Source: Octopus vulgaris (taxonomy: Eukaryota). Taken from it: DNA of 64,000 bases. The stretch is from NCBI GenBank assembly GCA_951406725.2, contig OX597823.1, positions 69,316,001 through 69,380,000 on the forward strand. Direction: 5' to 3'. The notes beneath the pieces were generated by a model that saw nothing but the letters and a program-made list of their open reading frames with translations, made no database searches and was not told where the DNA came from. This document shows, piece by piece, positions 28,274 through 40,245 of this stretch (position 1 is the stretch's first letter; each line of letters begins with the position of its first letter). A program made the translations under genes and the position numbers.

Positions 28274-28850
28274 ACCTTTCTTCTTCTACCTCCATTTTCC
28301 CACTTGTCTTCCCTTCTCTGGATCTTTTCTTCTCCTATGTTTCCGACGAAGAGCTCCGCTCGAAACGTTAAACCCTTCTTCTTTCCTTCTTTCCTGAGCG
28401 TCCAATAATACTATATTTGTTCCACGCCCTCGCGTTGTTGTGTTTTTTTTGTGCTTTCTTGCTTGGATTAACTTTATATACCGCACGCTCACACGGACCC
28501 CGGCCCTCTGAGTGCCTTGGATACCAATTTCTGGATTTTTACACCTACGGATTACTGTTACCGTTCTTCCGAAGTACGCCACTGAAATCGTGATTGGAAA
28601 TCAAAAAAATTTTCTCCGTGACTCTACCACTTTTTCCTCGTACATTTTCCTCGTCCTTTTTTACCTTTCTTCTTCTACCTCCATTTTTCCACTTGTCTTC
28701 CCTTCTCTGGATTTTTCCTTCTCCTATGTTTCCGACGAAGAGCTCCGCTTGGAACGTTAAACCCTCCTTCTTTCCTGAATGTCCAATAATACTATATTTG
28801 TTCCACGTCCTCGCGTTGTTGTGTTTTTTTGTACTTTCTTGTTTGGATTA

Positions 28851-28860
<10 letters not shown>
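28274..28860 (+). mobile_element. Non-autonomous PLE/retrozyme-like element with ~200-bp direct repeats (28274-28480, 28663-28860)
   Basis: Repeat starts are 389 bp apart. Each repeat has an HHR-like motif; the element ends in (TA)n. Confidence 0.8.
28339..28373 (+). ncRNA. Minimal type I hammerhead-like motif (CCGACGA core variant)
   Basis: GTTT-CCGACGA-A-GAGC-tcc-GCTC-GAAA-CGTT-AAAC: stem I 4 bp, stem II 4 bp, palindromic ACGT stem III. Mutated twin at 28728-28762. Confidence 0.65.
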
Positions 28861-28926
<66 letters not shown>

Positions 28927-28980
28927 AATTTTGTTTTGCGTAATAAGCTGTATAGATATTAGAGCGTTTGTAGATAGAAG

Positions 28981-29032
28981 GTATTACAGCTGTTTCCAGG
29001 ATATTTATTGATAATATCCCTTCATCGGAGAC
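28981..29032 (-). ncRNA. Type I hammerhead-like motif (CCGAUGA core variant)
   Basis: - strand GTCT-CCGATGA-AG-GGATATT-atcaata-AATATCC-TG-GAAA-CAGCTGTA-ATAC: 7-bp stem II, palindromic ACAGCTGT, GUA site. Confidence 0.6.
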
Positions 29033-29317
29033 GGTGTGAGAGGAAAGTTAAGTCATAATTAGTTTAGATGTGATAAAAAATAGAGAGTGAGGTGGAGGAA
29101 AGAAAATAGGTGCAAAATATCTATGGGTATTGAAGTTGTAAATCCATTTTATAGACATAATATGCAATATTCCAATATCCTATGAGTAAAGTCCAGAAGT
29201 CCAACAGAGTTTTAAACGAGTCCTTCCAAATATAGAGTTTATAAGCAATGTAAAATTCCCTTATGAGTGAGATCCAGCAGATTTTTTTAACTTGGTCATT
29301 CCTAGTAAAGAATTTAT

Positions 29318-29640
29318 ATAGTGTTGCTGAGTCAAAGGTTTGTATTTAAAATGACCTAAAAATAGGGAGTGTATTATTAAGGTCTAAATTGAAAACAGGA
29401 ACGGAGGAATGAAAGAAAGAAAAGAAAAAAGGAAGAGAAAAAAGAGAAGAGAATGAAAAATGAAAGAGAAATGAGAGAGAAGATGTCTGCTTTCTTTCTC
29501 TTCTCTTTCTCTTCTCTTTTTCTATTCCTTTTTTTTCTCTTTCTTTCATTCCTCTCTTCCTGTTTTCAATTTGACCTTACTAATATACTCCCTATTTTTA
29601 GGCCACTTTAAATACTAATCTTTGACTCTCCAACACTGTA
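29318..29640. repeat. Imperfect fold-back, arms about 160 bp
   Basis: gagtcaaag..tttaaa.tg.cctaaaaatagg..aaattgaaaacaggaa..gaggaatgaaaga versus its reverse complement at about 29490-29640. Confidence 0.85.
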
Positions 29641-30072
29641 TTTAAATTCTCATCGGTCCCACAGGGAAAGTTCTGAATTGACGTTAGTGTATTAACAACT
29701 GTTACTAAAAGTGACAATTTTCTCCATGGCAAATCGCGGTGAAAACCGCCGTTTTACAGGTACGAACAATACATAAGGCAAATATATACTTACTAAAGTA
29801 AACACAAATTTGCACTCCAGTTGTGCATACGTTCGCAAATGGTTGACTGAATACACAACGAGTCGACAAGGTCACACGTAGACACACTCACTGAACTATG
29901 TAGTTGTTCTTTAGATGTGCAAACTGTTTAAATCTTACCTGTATTCTCCTGATGAAAGTGATTGTTTTTGCATGATGTAGCACTTCTGCTTATCAATAAA
30001 AACATGCCTGAAACAGCCGCAGTGAAACATAATGCATCAGCTGTTATCCGTTTGTGTGTGAGTGTATAAATA

Positions 30073-30144
<72 letters not shown>

Positions 30145-30191
30145 CAAAATAATTGATATGGAAGACAGAGTATACAGTAAGCTTTATAATT

Positions 30192-30300
30192 AGCACGACG
30201 ATCGTTTCGGCTTATATCTGCACTGCTCCCAAGTGAGTGAGGAACTTTATAATGGAATCGAATGCACTCCACAGTGCAGAAGAAATTCCATCAGGTTACT
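30192..30300 (-). ncRNA. Degenerate hammerhead with long stem II
   Basis: - strand CTGATGG...TCTGCACTG...CAGTGCAGA...GAAA-CGATCGTC: 9-bp perfect helix, palindromic ACGATCGT, GUC site; core A9 altered. Confidence 0.45.
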
Positions 30301-30552
30301 CAATATTTTACCTCATTACAATATGTACGTTTCGCTACTATGTGTGGCAGGACGGTGTTGGTATGAAGCGTACGTTCACAGTAGTTCACAAATTCGTTAA
30401 TAACTTCTGTGTGTGTGTGTAAATTTTTTTTCTTTCGAAAAAGTGTTTTTTTTTTTACACAATTGCTTGGAAGCCCTCACCGAACCCGAAACGTTAGGCA
30501 TATAATTTGGTGTTAGAAGAGACAAATATTTAGATAATTATTCTATAGTCAT

Positions 30553-31279
30553 GATTTACATCAACATAATAAATAAATAAATATAACATAAAATTACATC
30601 AAGACGAGGAACATATTTATATATTATTTAGAATACAAATAAGAGTTATGAGATAAAAAATATACGTGAAAAGAATAAATAAATAAATAAATAAATAAAG
30701 GTTGATATGTCGATTAAAAATTTATATTAAATTTAAGGTTAAAAAACGATGAATTAATCATTAAAAGTTGTAAGATACATCGACCGTAGTGAGAAATCCT
30801 AATGATGGATTTAAAAGTTTAGAGTTTTATTTTATTTTCTATTTTTTTTCTCTTACATGTCTTCAAACGCAATTAATTATCTGTATACTTATTCCTGAAG
30901 AAGGGGACATTGACAGTGTAAAACTAAAGGATTCATTCTTTGTTGACTAATGGATTCCAGACACAACCGTCGTATTGCTTCATATATGACGTTATAACCC
31001 TCTATAAACATTTCTTCGGAACCCTTCTAAACTTTTAAATCCATCATTAGGATTTCTCCCAACTGCTGATGCATCTTACAACTTTCTAATCATTAATTCA
31101 ACGTTTTTTAACCTTAAATTTAATATAATTTTTAATCAATATATCAACCTTCATTTATTTATCCTTTTCACCTATATTTTTACCTCTCATAAATCTTATT
31201 TCTATTCTAAATAATAAATAGTTATGTTCATTGTCTTGATACAACTTTTATGTTATAGGTATTTATGTTGATGTAAATT
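30553..31279. repeat. Inverted repeat (arms 30553-30823, 31026-31279) around a ~200-bp spacer
   Basis: gagaaatcctaatgatggatttaaaagtttaga / tctaaacttttaaatccatcattaggatttctc etc. Spacer has CTGAAGAAGGGG at about 30895. Confidence 0.9.
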
Positions 31280-31414
31280 TTTCTACTCTTAAAAGGATTT
31301 TTATCCTTTGCATATACTGTTCAGTATTTACGTGTTGAAAAAATGTTATCTTTTTACTTATTCTACAATACATTTCAACGCTTCAACAAAACTTATGTTT
31401 ATTTACATATGACG

Positions 31415-31461
<47 letters not shown>

Positions 31462-31463
31462 CT

Positions 31464-31610
31464 TTTATTTAAAAGCAGCAGAAATATAACAAAAGCTGTC
31501 GTTATATTTCTGCTGCTTTTAAATAAAGCATATTACTCTACCTCTGGTATTTGAGTACTATTTTTTCCAACTACTTTTTCCACCTTGTTTCACATTTATG
31601 TGCTTACTCC

Positions 31611-31613
<3 letters not shown>
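31464..31613 (+). repeat. Short element between microsatellites with a perfect 27-bp 5' fold-back (31464-31490/31501-31527)
   Basis: tttatttaaaagcagcagaaatataac-N10-gttatatttctgctgcttttaaataaa. Confidence 0.85.
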
Positions 31614-31668
<55 letters not shown>

Positions 31669-32270
31669 TCTTCGATATATTTTAATATATTTATGTATCA
31701 ATGTCCACATCTGTATATTTTTAAATGTATCAATTACCTTATTTATTCCTAATGTATTTATATATGTATATATTTTTAATATAGCTATATATTCATATAT
31801 GTTTAATGTGTTTCTGGATGTTAATATACTCTATATGATAATTAAGTATGTGCTTCTGGTGATTATCTAGTGTAATCCTCACTTATATATTTATCTTTTG
31901 TTTCAAGTCTGAATTTCTTGAACACTTCTAAGTGTAACCTTTAATCTGAGGGAGAATAGGAGTATACCTTGTATTCTTTCTCAAGTATAATTATATATGT
32001 ATATGTATGTATATGTATATATGTGTATGTGTGTGTTTATCTATATGTATGCATGTATATCTATATGTATGCAAATATATTTATATGTATGCATGTATAT
32101 GTATATGTATGTATGTATATCTATGTATATCTATATCTATATATATATGTATATATGTGAGTATATATACATATGTGTCTTTCTATATATATATATATAT
32201 ATGTATATAATGTGTATATCTATATATATATAGATTTGCATTGATACATACGTGTGTGTGTGCGTGTGTG

Positions 32271-32313
<43 letters not shown>

Positions 32314-32319
32314 ATAAGG

Positions 32320-32520
32320 CTATGAGCTGGTAGAATCGGTAACAGACCAGACAAAATGCTCAGTGGCATTTCGCCTGTCTTTACAATCTGAGTTCAAATT
32401 TCGCCGAGATCGAATTCGCCTTTCATCCTTTCGGGGTTAATAAAATGATAACCAGTGTAACACTGGGACGAATGTAATCGACTGATCTCTACCTTCGAAA
32501 TGGCTGGCATTATGCCTAAC
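32320..32520 (+). mobile_element. SINE family A, degenerate
   Basis: gagctggtagaatc, ctgagttcaaatt, gcctttcatcctttcgggg motifs. Confidence 0.85.
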
Positions 32521-33057
32521 TCAGTTACTGCGGAAATCAAATATATTCACTCAAAATTTCGTTACTCCTTAACTTCAGAAAGCAGTGTTTTTCTTCATAC
32601 CAGTCTATCTTCTTGAGGAATGTGGAGGTTTAACATCATTACTGGAATATCCATGAAATTTAATTTCGCAGATAAAGAGTAATAAATTAAGAATACTTGT
32701 GGAATATTCAACGAACAGATAACGTTAGCCGAGTGTAAGCACAATAGACAAAGTTGTTTTGGTTGGGATTTACAGTAAAATCATTCATCGTCTTACTGAT
32801 CAGCAGCAGGGTGGATGTGACTGTCTCGCCAAAATTTGGGAAGGAAAAAAGCCTGCAACTTTAATATCCATGGTGTAGATGTTCGACTGTACTGATTATC
32901 AGAGGTGCGCAAGGACATGTAACAACAAATTCGCTTAAAAGCCTAAAATTGATGGATTCTTCAAAAACAATAAAGCACACTGATTCATATTCTCAAAATA
33001 CACCAGATTTGTGGTACAGCAAAAATTTGTATCACAATCCGAGAATTCTATATTTAA

Positions 33058-33270
33058 TTTTCTACTCTAGGTACAAGGCCTGAAATATTTGGAGAGTGCG
33101 CCAGTGGATTAGATCGACCCCAGTACGCAACTGGCGCTTAATTTATCGACCCCGAAAGGATGAAAGACTAAGTCAACCTCGGCAGAATTTGAACTCAGAA
33201 CGTATAAACAGACGAAATACTGCTAAGCATTTCGCCCGGCGAGCTAACGTTTCTGCCAGCTCGCCGCCTT
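33058..33270 (-). mobile_element. SINE family A, near intact
   Basis: ttatcgaccccgaaaggatgaaag...aatttgaactcagaacgt...ttctgccagctcgccgcc. Confidence 0.9.
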
Positions 33271-33664
33271 CGAGGATTCTATATTTGAGGTTTCTGAGAT
33301 GAACATGTGTACACAAATACATGTAAATACTGAATACACACACACACACACACACACACATACACACACATGTACATATGCACAGACACATAGACACACA
33401 AACATACTTTTATACTAAAGTGACAAGCTACCACCTTACATGTTTTCAAGTTTCTCTACACATAATCACAAGCACACACACAAAAAAAACGTATATGAAC
33501 AAATTTACAAATGCAGATAAACACAATCTCCAGCAACTATCTTGACTTCAACTAAAGTATCTTGTCACTTCTTCGTTCGCGTCCTGCTGGAAATCTGCAA
33601 AAGTAAATCTTAAATGAAACCATATCCAAAGAGAAACACGTATAACGCACGTGCATAGACTTAC

Positions 33665-33857
33665 TTTCACACACACACACACACGTACATATATATATAT
33701 ATATGTGTGTGTGTGGGTGTGTGTATATATACATTTGCATATATATGTGTGTGTATATACATATTTGCATTTATATACATGTGTGCATATATATATATAT
33801 ATATGTATATATGTATATGTATATATATATGTATATATGTATATATATATATGTATG

Positions 33858-33888
<31 letters not shown>

Positions 33889-33901
33889 GTATATATATAT
33901 G

Positions 33902-33953
<52 letters not shown>

Positions 33954-33955
33954 TG

Positions 33956-33988
<33 letters not shown>

Positions 33989-34020
33989 TTGTGTGTGTGT
34001 ATGTGTATGTATACGTGTAT
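33665..34020. repeat. (TA)n/(TG)n compound microsatellite
   Basis: Direct reading. Confidence 0.95.
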
Positions 34021-35659
34021 GCTTATAACAAATATTCTGTTTGTGTGTTGTTGATGTTAGTGTACAAAAATCATTGAAGTTTATTCGCGAAAGTTTACCA
34101 CAACAACAGAACTATAAATCGAAGTCCGTATAATAAAGTTTAAACTATAAAATTAAATTATGTTCTATAATATTTTTAGTCTTCTATATGAAAGAATTTT
34201 TTAGCTATAAACAGAACCATGCATACATACATACATATACACACACATATATATATATATGTATATACACACACAATGTGTATCTGTGTATTGTATAGAT
34301 GTTGTAGCCTTACAAAAAAGGATTTAAATAATATTGCTTCTACCATAGCATATTTGTTTCATAGAATTCACGTGCTTTGCAAAACAGAATAACATTACAA
34401 GAATAAAAATAAACTTGTTTCCTAATGTTTAAAAATAAAGTTAAATTATTTAAGACCTAAGAAGTCAAACTTTGAATAACTCATCAAAACAGCTATTTTG
34501 ATCTGGTTATTACACCAGATAATTCACCGATAGAAATAAAATAGAAATGTCGGCACTGAAAGCAATGAATTACATCATATTTGTTTTGGTAATTATTTTC
34601 TTTACATATATTTGATTATTTTGCTTGAAAAGCGTATAAAAATAAGGTTGAAATCTCTAATTCATTTAATGGTCTATTTTTTCTTTTTGTTTGTGATGGA
34701 TATAATTTATACCTCACACATTGCTTTTATATTTCTGCAGAAATATTATTTTGTGTAGCCAGTCTGCAGTAAAAAAATGCATTGAAGGAATTAATGGATT
34801 CTACTGTAGAGAATGTGGATAATCCATAATGAAAGGCTCTGTTCCTGGTGATGATGCGATCGTTATAATAATTATATGATTTTTCACAACACCAGCGCGA
34901 GGTCACAACAAATAAGATGGAAGTCTGTTCGGTTGAATCAGCTCCGATATGTTCTCTACTTCCACAAAGAGATGGGTGTCGAGGGCAAACTGTATAGAAT
35001 GTAGTTAAAAATTAACGGAAAGAGAGAGAGAGGTGGGGAGGGGAAACAAAATACTAAAAGTCTGAACGGCCCATATTAATAATTTCATTATTATGCTGTT
35101 TTCAGTCATTGACTTCTGGCTTTGTTGAGCCATTACCTTCAATGATAGAGTAGTTGATTCACAGATATTTTACCAAACTCAGAAGAATGCAAAACGAGAC
35201 TGGACGTGTGCAAATTGGAACTCAGAACGAAAGGGAAACGTAACTAAATTCAACTACTAGATACTCCCTTTCATCTTGAGCAGTTTTTCATGTTTATTTA
35301 TCTTGAATGTTTATTAATCTTCCCTGTTTAGCAATCTTGTTTGTTTAATAATTATTCACGCTCAGTAATCGTGTTGCATAGTGATACATTTAATATGATT
35401 TTATAACATACAATTATTACAAATGCAATGAGGCCTCATATTAGTAGGAGAGTGGTATTATTTGACATCAACACATGTCTATATATTGTATCGATCTTCG
35501 AAGGGTGATAGGTAAATTTGACATTGGCGTTATTTGAACTCAAAATAGCGGAAACAATTTATTAATTCAGTATTTTAAATATGATGGTCTTTCTTTTCCG
35601 TCATTCCATTACGTTACAAACGTAACAAAAGTTAACGGTAAAAGTTACTATTATTTAGC

Positions 35660-35845
35660 TCCAAGACAAAATTCTTAGCTGTATTTCATCTGGTTCCTTA
35701 CACTCTGAGTTCATATTCTGCCGAGTTTGACTTTGCCTCTCATTCTTTCGAAATCGGTAACATAAGTACCCATTAAGCATTGAGATCAAAGCAAACGACT
35801 TACCCTTCTTCTGAAATTGCTGACCTTGTGCCAAAACTTGAAATA
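35660..35845 (+). mobile_element. SINE family A, 5' truncated
   Basis: ctgagttcatattctgccgagtttgactttgcct...taagtacc...gaaattgctgaccttgtgccaaaacttgaaa. Confidence 0.8.
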
Positions 35846-35849
35846 ATTA

Positions 35850-36050
35850 TATAAATCCAGACCAGCCCTGGCGTAATTGACCTACTAACGAGGATTTTCC
35901 ATCAGTGATCATTTTCTCTTTTGTGTTATAGCATATGTATGACTATATTGTCCAATGTATCGCCATTTCGAAACAGCAGGGTATGGTTATAGCTGATTTG
36001 GCTGCTGTTTCTAACAAGCCGAGTGGCTGCACAGCCACAAATCACGTTGG
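35850..36050 (+). repeat. Old dispersed repeat family (similar copies ~41490-41690, 52595-52780, 60490-60690 on +; ~63530-63700 on -)
   Basis: Shared gatttggctgctRtttctaRcaRg.cgagtg and cagcYctgatYRagcagacct-like motifs. Confidence 0.5.
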
Positions 36051-37339
36051 CTCGCTGAAGAGAGTAATGTTCAGGATATGTGATAAAACTGGATAAAATA
36101 ACCATGCCCGAATGCATTGAAACAGGTATAAATACATTTGTAACATATATAAGACTACACCAACATGGACAGTTTGGGTTGAAATATTTCGTGTTTGAGA
36201 TAATACTGATAAAAAAATACATGATCAGTGCATCTTCATTGTATCTCTATGGAGGATTCGTTGCTTTGTGACTCACTTATAATTCATTTAAATTAACATC
36301 ATAGAGAGTAACGGTTTACTAATGAATGCAGAAGTGGAGAAACAGCATAAATGATAATCAATTTCTTTGTATTCAGTAATGATTAAACTCAGATCCTACA
36401 TATGCCTAAATAGCTAGGTAGAGAAGACATCTCCACTGATGTAGCAATGATCCAGGGTGTTGCATTTACTATGCATTCTTAACTAGTCGATTATAAGACT
36501 TAAGTTCCAACCAGTGAGCGAACCACTAGATGTTTTCTTTTTGGGGGTTGAGGAAGAAGGGTAACATCCATGGCGATAGTAAGAAAAAGGGTGGGGGGGA
36601 AGAAACCACGACACATCAATTGCAGGAGCAGGAAGAATCACTTCGCCTCGGAGCCTTGTTCAAAATGTTTACATCAAAGTGAGCTTTCCTAAACTGATCT
36701 ACGACTCTCAGGCAAAGTTGTGAAATCCGTATCTGATGAGCTGTAAGTTGTTTAGTAAGAGAACAGCTGTTGAGAAAGCTACCATTAGTATTCTACAAAT
36801 AAGGAGAAATTGTGCGTTGAACAATATAATAGTCAAACTGTTTTAAAAATATGAATTATCCACGTTACATTGCAATTGCATATCAAAATTTATATAGAAT
36901 AATTCAGAGAATTACTCACCACCTACATAAATCCACAGGCCTTCGATCTGTAACTAGTCTGATAAGTGTGAACGAACGAAACTCTCAGCTCTTGATTCAC
37001 GCTTTTCCTTCTGCTAAATATCATGTTGCAGACAAGAAAGTAAATTTTCAACATAGTAATGGTGTAAAGACAGCAGAGAAAAAATGGGTATGTACCCTTG
37101 TAAGATGGGGGTGGGGGAAAGCTGCCCTCATACACCGGCCGAGTGCTCTAATCATTAAGCTAAATGTAATTACAGTAATTACCCTCAAATTCAATGCTAA
37201 GTTATAGCTTTCAAATGCGACATCTTTTTAAACAAACTTTGGAAGCGTCGAATCTGGTTGGCATTTTGCAGGCAAGAAAGTAAATTTGATCACAGTAGAG
37301 CTGTAGGGACAGAGAACGATTAGGCATTTACCCTTAAAA

Positions 37340-37640
<301 letters not shown>

Positions 37641-38300
37641 GTATGGCCGGTGTATGGCGATGCTGATTCTGAATCACCAGCAGCACTCGAAGATTCATCG
37701 GATATTCTGGAAACATCTTCGTAGCAGCCACAGTTCCTCGTTTATGATCCCGGAGAGACGTTATGCCACGTCCTTAGCCAGCCACGTGTGACACCTGATT
37801 GACGAAGGGATTCCATACGTAATCTCAAGAAAGATTTTTGAAAAACCGGGCCCCTACATCAACGTGAGCAAGAGTTGCAAGCTGTGCACAGCCGAACTGG
37901 TGAGGATATGACAGAACTCCCTCGACCAGGAGAACATCTTAAATTCCAGGACGAAAGTCTTCTGACCCTGCTTACACTTCAGACGAATTCTACTCAAATC
38001 CTGGCACCCGCAAGCCAACTAGGTGGATTTCAGATAGCGGTCTAAGGGAGACAATCCTGTGCACACGACCTTTCTCCCTTGTCGGTGTGTTCAACACCTA
38101 GTCTCGAGATCTTTTCCTCCTCCACCTTGAAGAGAGGTTATAGGTCATTGGCTACTAGAGTGTGATGAGACGTTGTAAAGTTAAGCGCTTTATGGATGTG
38201 AAACCTTGGATAACCCCACAGAGCAGCCATAACTACCTTTATCTAAATACTTTATTGCTCTCTAGCTTAGAGTATGCTTCTCTTTCGGACTTATGATTTA
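37641..38300 (+). mobile_element. Second PLE lineage (Naiad-like) GIY-YIG C-terminus plus 3' UTR
   Basis: RFIG...HSSSF..RYATSLASHV*HL..IPYVISRKI..PY..SKSCKLCTAE..I..LNSRTKVF*PCLH (CxxC...LNxR..CxH pattern). HHR relic gTGATGAG-stem-GAAACC at 38162-38213. Confidence 0.7.
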
Positions 38301-38822
38301 CTGACAAGACACCCTCCCCACAAGTACATAAACACACACACCGATACATGTATATGCATGTGTGTATAAGTATGAACATGTATGTGTCAAACGGCAGCCA
38401 CACATGTAGACCAATACCATGTGGTTTATCTTGCTTGGATTTCCTTCTTTGCTCCTTTTCTTTTCTATTTTCTCATGGACTCGTTTCCTCTTACTACTAT
38501 CCGAGGAAGCATACTTCCGAAACTTTATATCTATCAACTATTTTCCTTTGCCTCCCAAGTCAGATTAATAGCATTAGTCGTAAACTTGTCGCGCTTGATT
38601 TTGTTTTAAGTTTGTATTTTGTCCTTTGTCACACACACACATGTATATGTAGATATATATATATGTTTATATGCAAATATGCGTCCGTCTGTTCATACGT
38701 ATATGTACGCACGTATGCAAGTGTGCATGTATGTTTGTACACATCTTGAAGGCATATCTTTGTGCACGTTCAGAGATGTGCACATGGTTCTAATTATATG
38801 CGGATACAAATATCAGCGAATA

Positions 38823-38883
<61 letters not shown>

Positions 38884-38930
38884 ATATATATATATATACA
38901 TGTATGTATATATATATATATACATGTATG

Positions 38931-38961
<31 letters not shown>

Positions 38962-39073
38962 ATATATATATATATATATACAGATTCACATTTTATGTAT
39001 CTCTCTCACTCTCTCTCTCTCTCTCTCTCATTCCCTCTCTCTCACTCACTCTCTCTCTCTCTCACTCACACTT

Positions 39074-39104
<31 letters not shown>

Positions 39105-40084
39105 GTATATATATGAAAGTATATATATGTATGTATATATATATGTGTATATATATATATATATATACGTATTTATGTGTGTGTATATATGTGTGTGTTT
39201 GCGTATACGTATGTATGTGTACATTTAAACAAATACACACATACAGTGATAAAGGAATACACACACGCAGGCGTATACGGGCATACACATATCGAAGACA
39301 GTAGAAACTAATTGGTATAGTCAGTTAGCAAGGAAGAGACTATAATTATAGACTAGAAGAACGAACCGAGGGTTGTGGCGCCAGAGACAGACAATTGTTG
39401 CATGCTTTGAATGAACAATACCGTTTTAAAGGTGGAAGAGTAGCCTAGATAATAAGGATGCATGTTAAAATTGAGCAGTTAAACTGTTGCGAGAGAAGAA
39501 ATAATAATATAATTTTTTGGTTTAAGGAAGCTTGAACAGCGAGAGGCCGAAACACATGGTTAACAAATTTGTGATGTTTTCATGTTAGAAAACTATGGGA
39601 GAAAGCTTACACTGTGTTTTTCTAAGTATGGAAGTAAAGCTATATGGTCTTACTTACCGTTTTCTTTTATCGTTTAATTGCTGGTAGGGACATCGTATTT
39701 CGTTTAGCAGCTATAATATAATATCGAGTATATCAAAATGTTTATAAGTCAATACTGTTGCCTACCATTTTGTGTTAACAGAGCGATTCAATTACTTTTA
39801 AGTTATCTCTACACATATTCTATAACATTTAGGGCCAACACTGAAAGTTACGACCTTTCGTATCTGAACGCGTCCATGTACACAACACGTAATGGGTATA
39901 TATATGCATATTTCAGGAGTTATTTATCTTTTTATAGGAACGTATCCAACCCTTTAACCATGTATATTACACCCATTACCCATTTTCCTATCTTCGAGCG
40001 CATTGGTTATATAGAGGCATTCGTATACCAAACATCGGGACATGCAGTGCTGTAGAGATAACTTTAAAATCCTTTACTCCTTCT

Positions 40085-40245
40085 TTTACTTGTTTCAGTC
40101 ATTGGACTGCTGCCATCCTGAAGCAATATCTTGAAGGGTTTTTGGTGGAACAAATCGACTGCGGTACTTATTTCAAAGTCTGGTACTTATTCTATCGGCG
40201 TCTTAAGACAAACCACTATGTTAAGTGGACGTAAGCAAACCAACA
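40085..40245 (-). mobile_element. Family C SINE 3' part
   Basis: ttttacttgtttcagtcattggactgc...ggtacttattctatcgg. Confidence 0.8.

Noticed and set aside
30464-30500. HHR-like tgctt...GAAACGTT-aggca
   Set aside because: No CUGANGA core or stem II; at most a dead relic.
36851-37207. 118-aa ORF and TAAT-rich cluster as exon or enhancer
   Set aside because: No homology or splice support; TAAT density is expected in AT-rich DNA and conservation cannot be assessed here.
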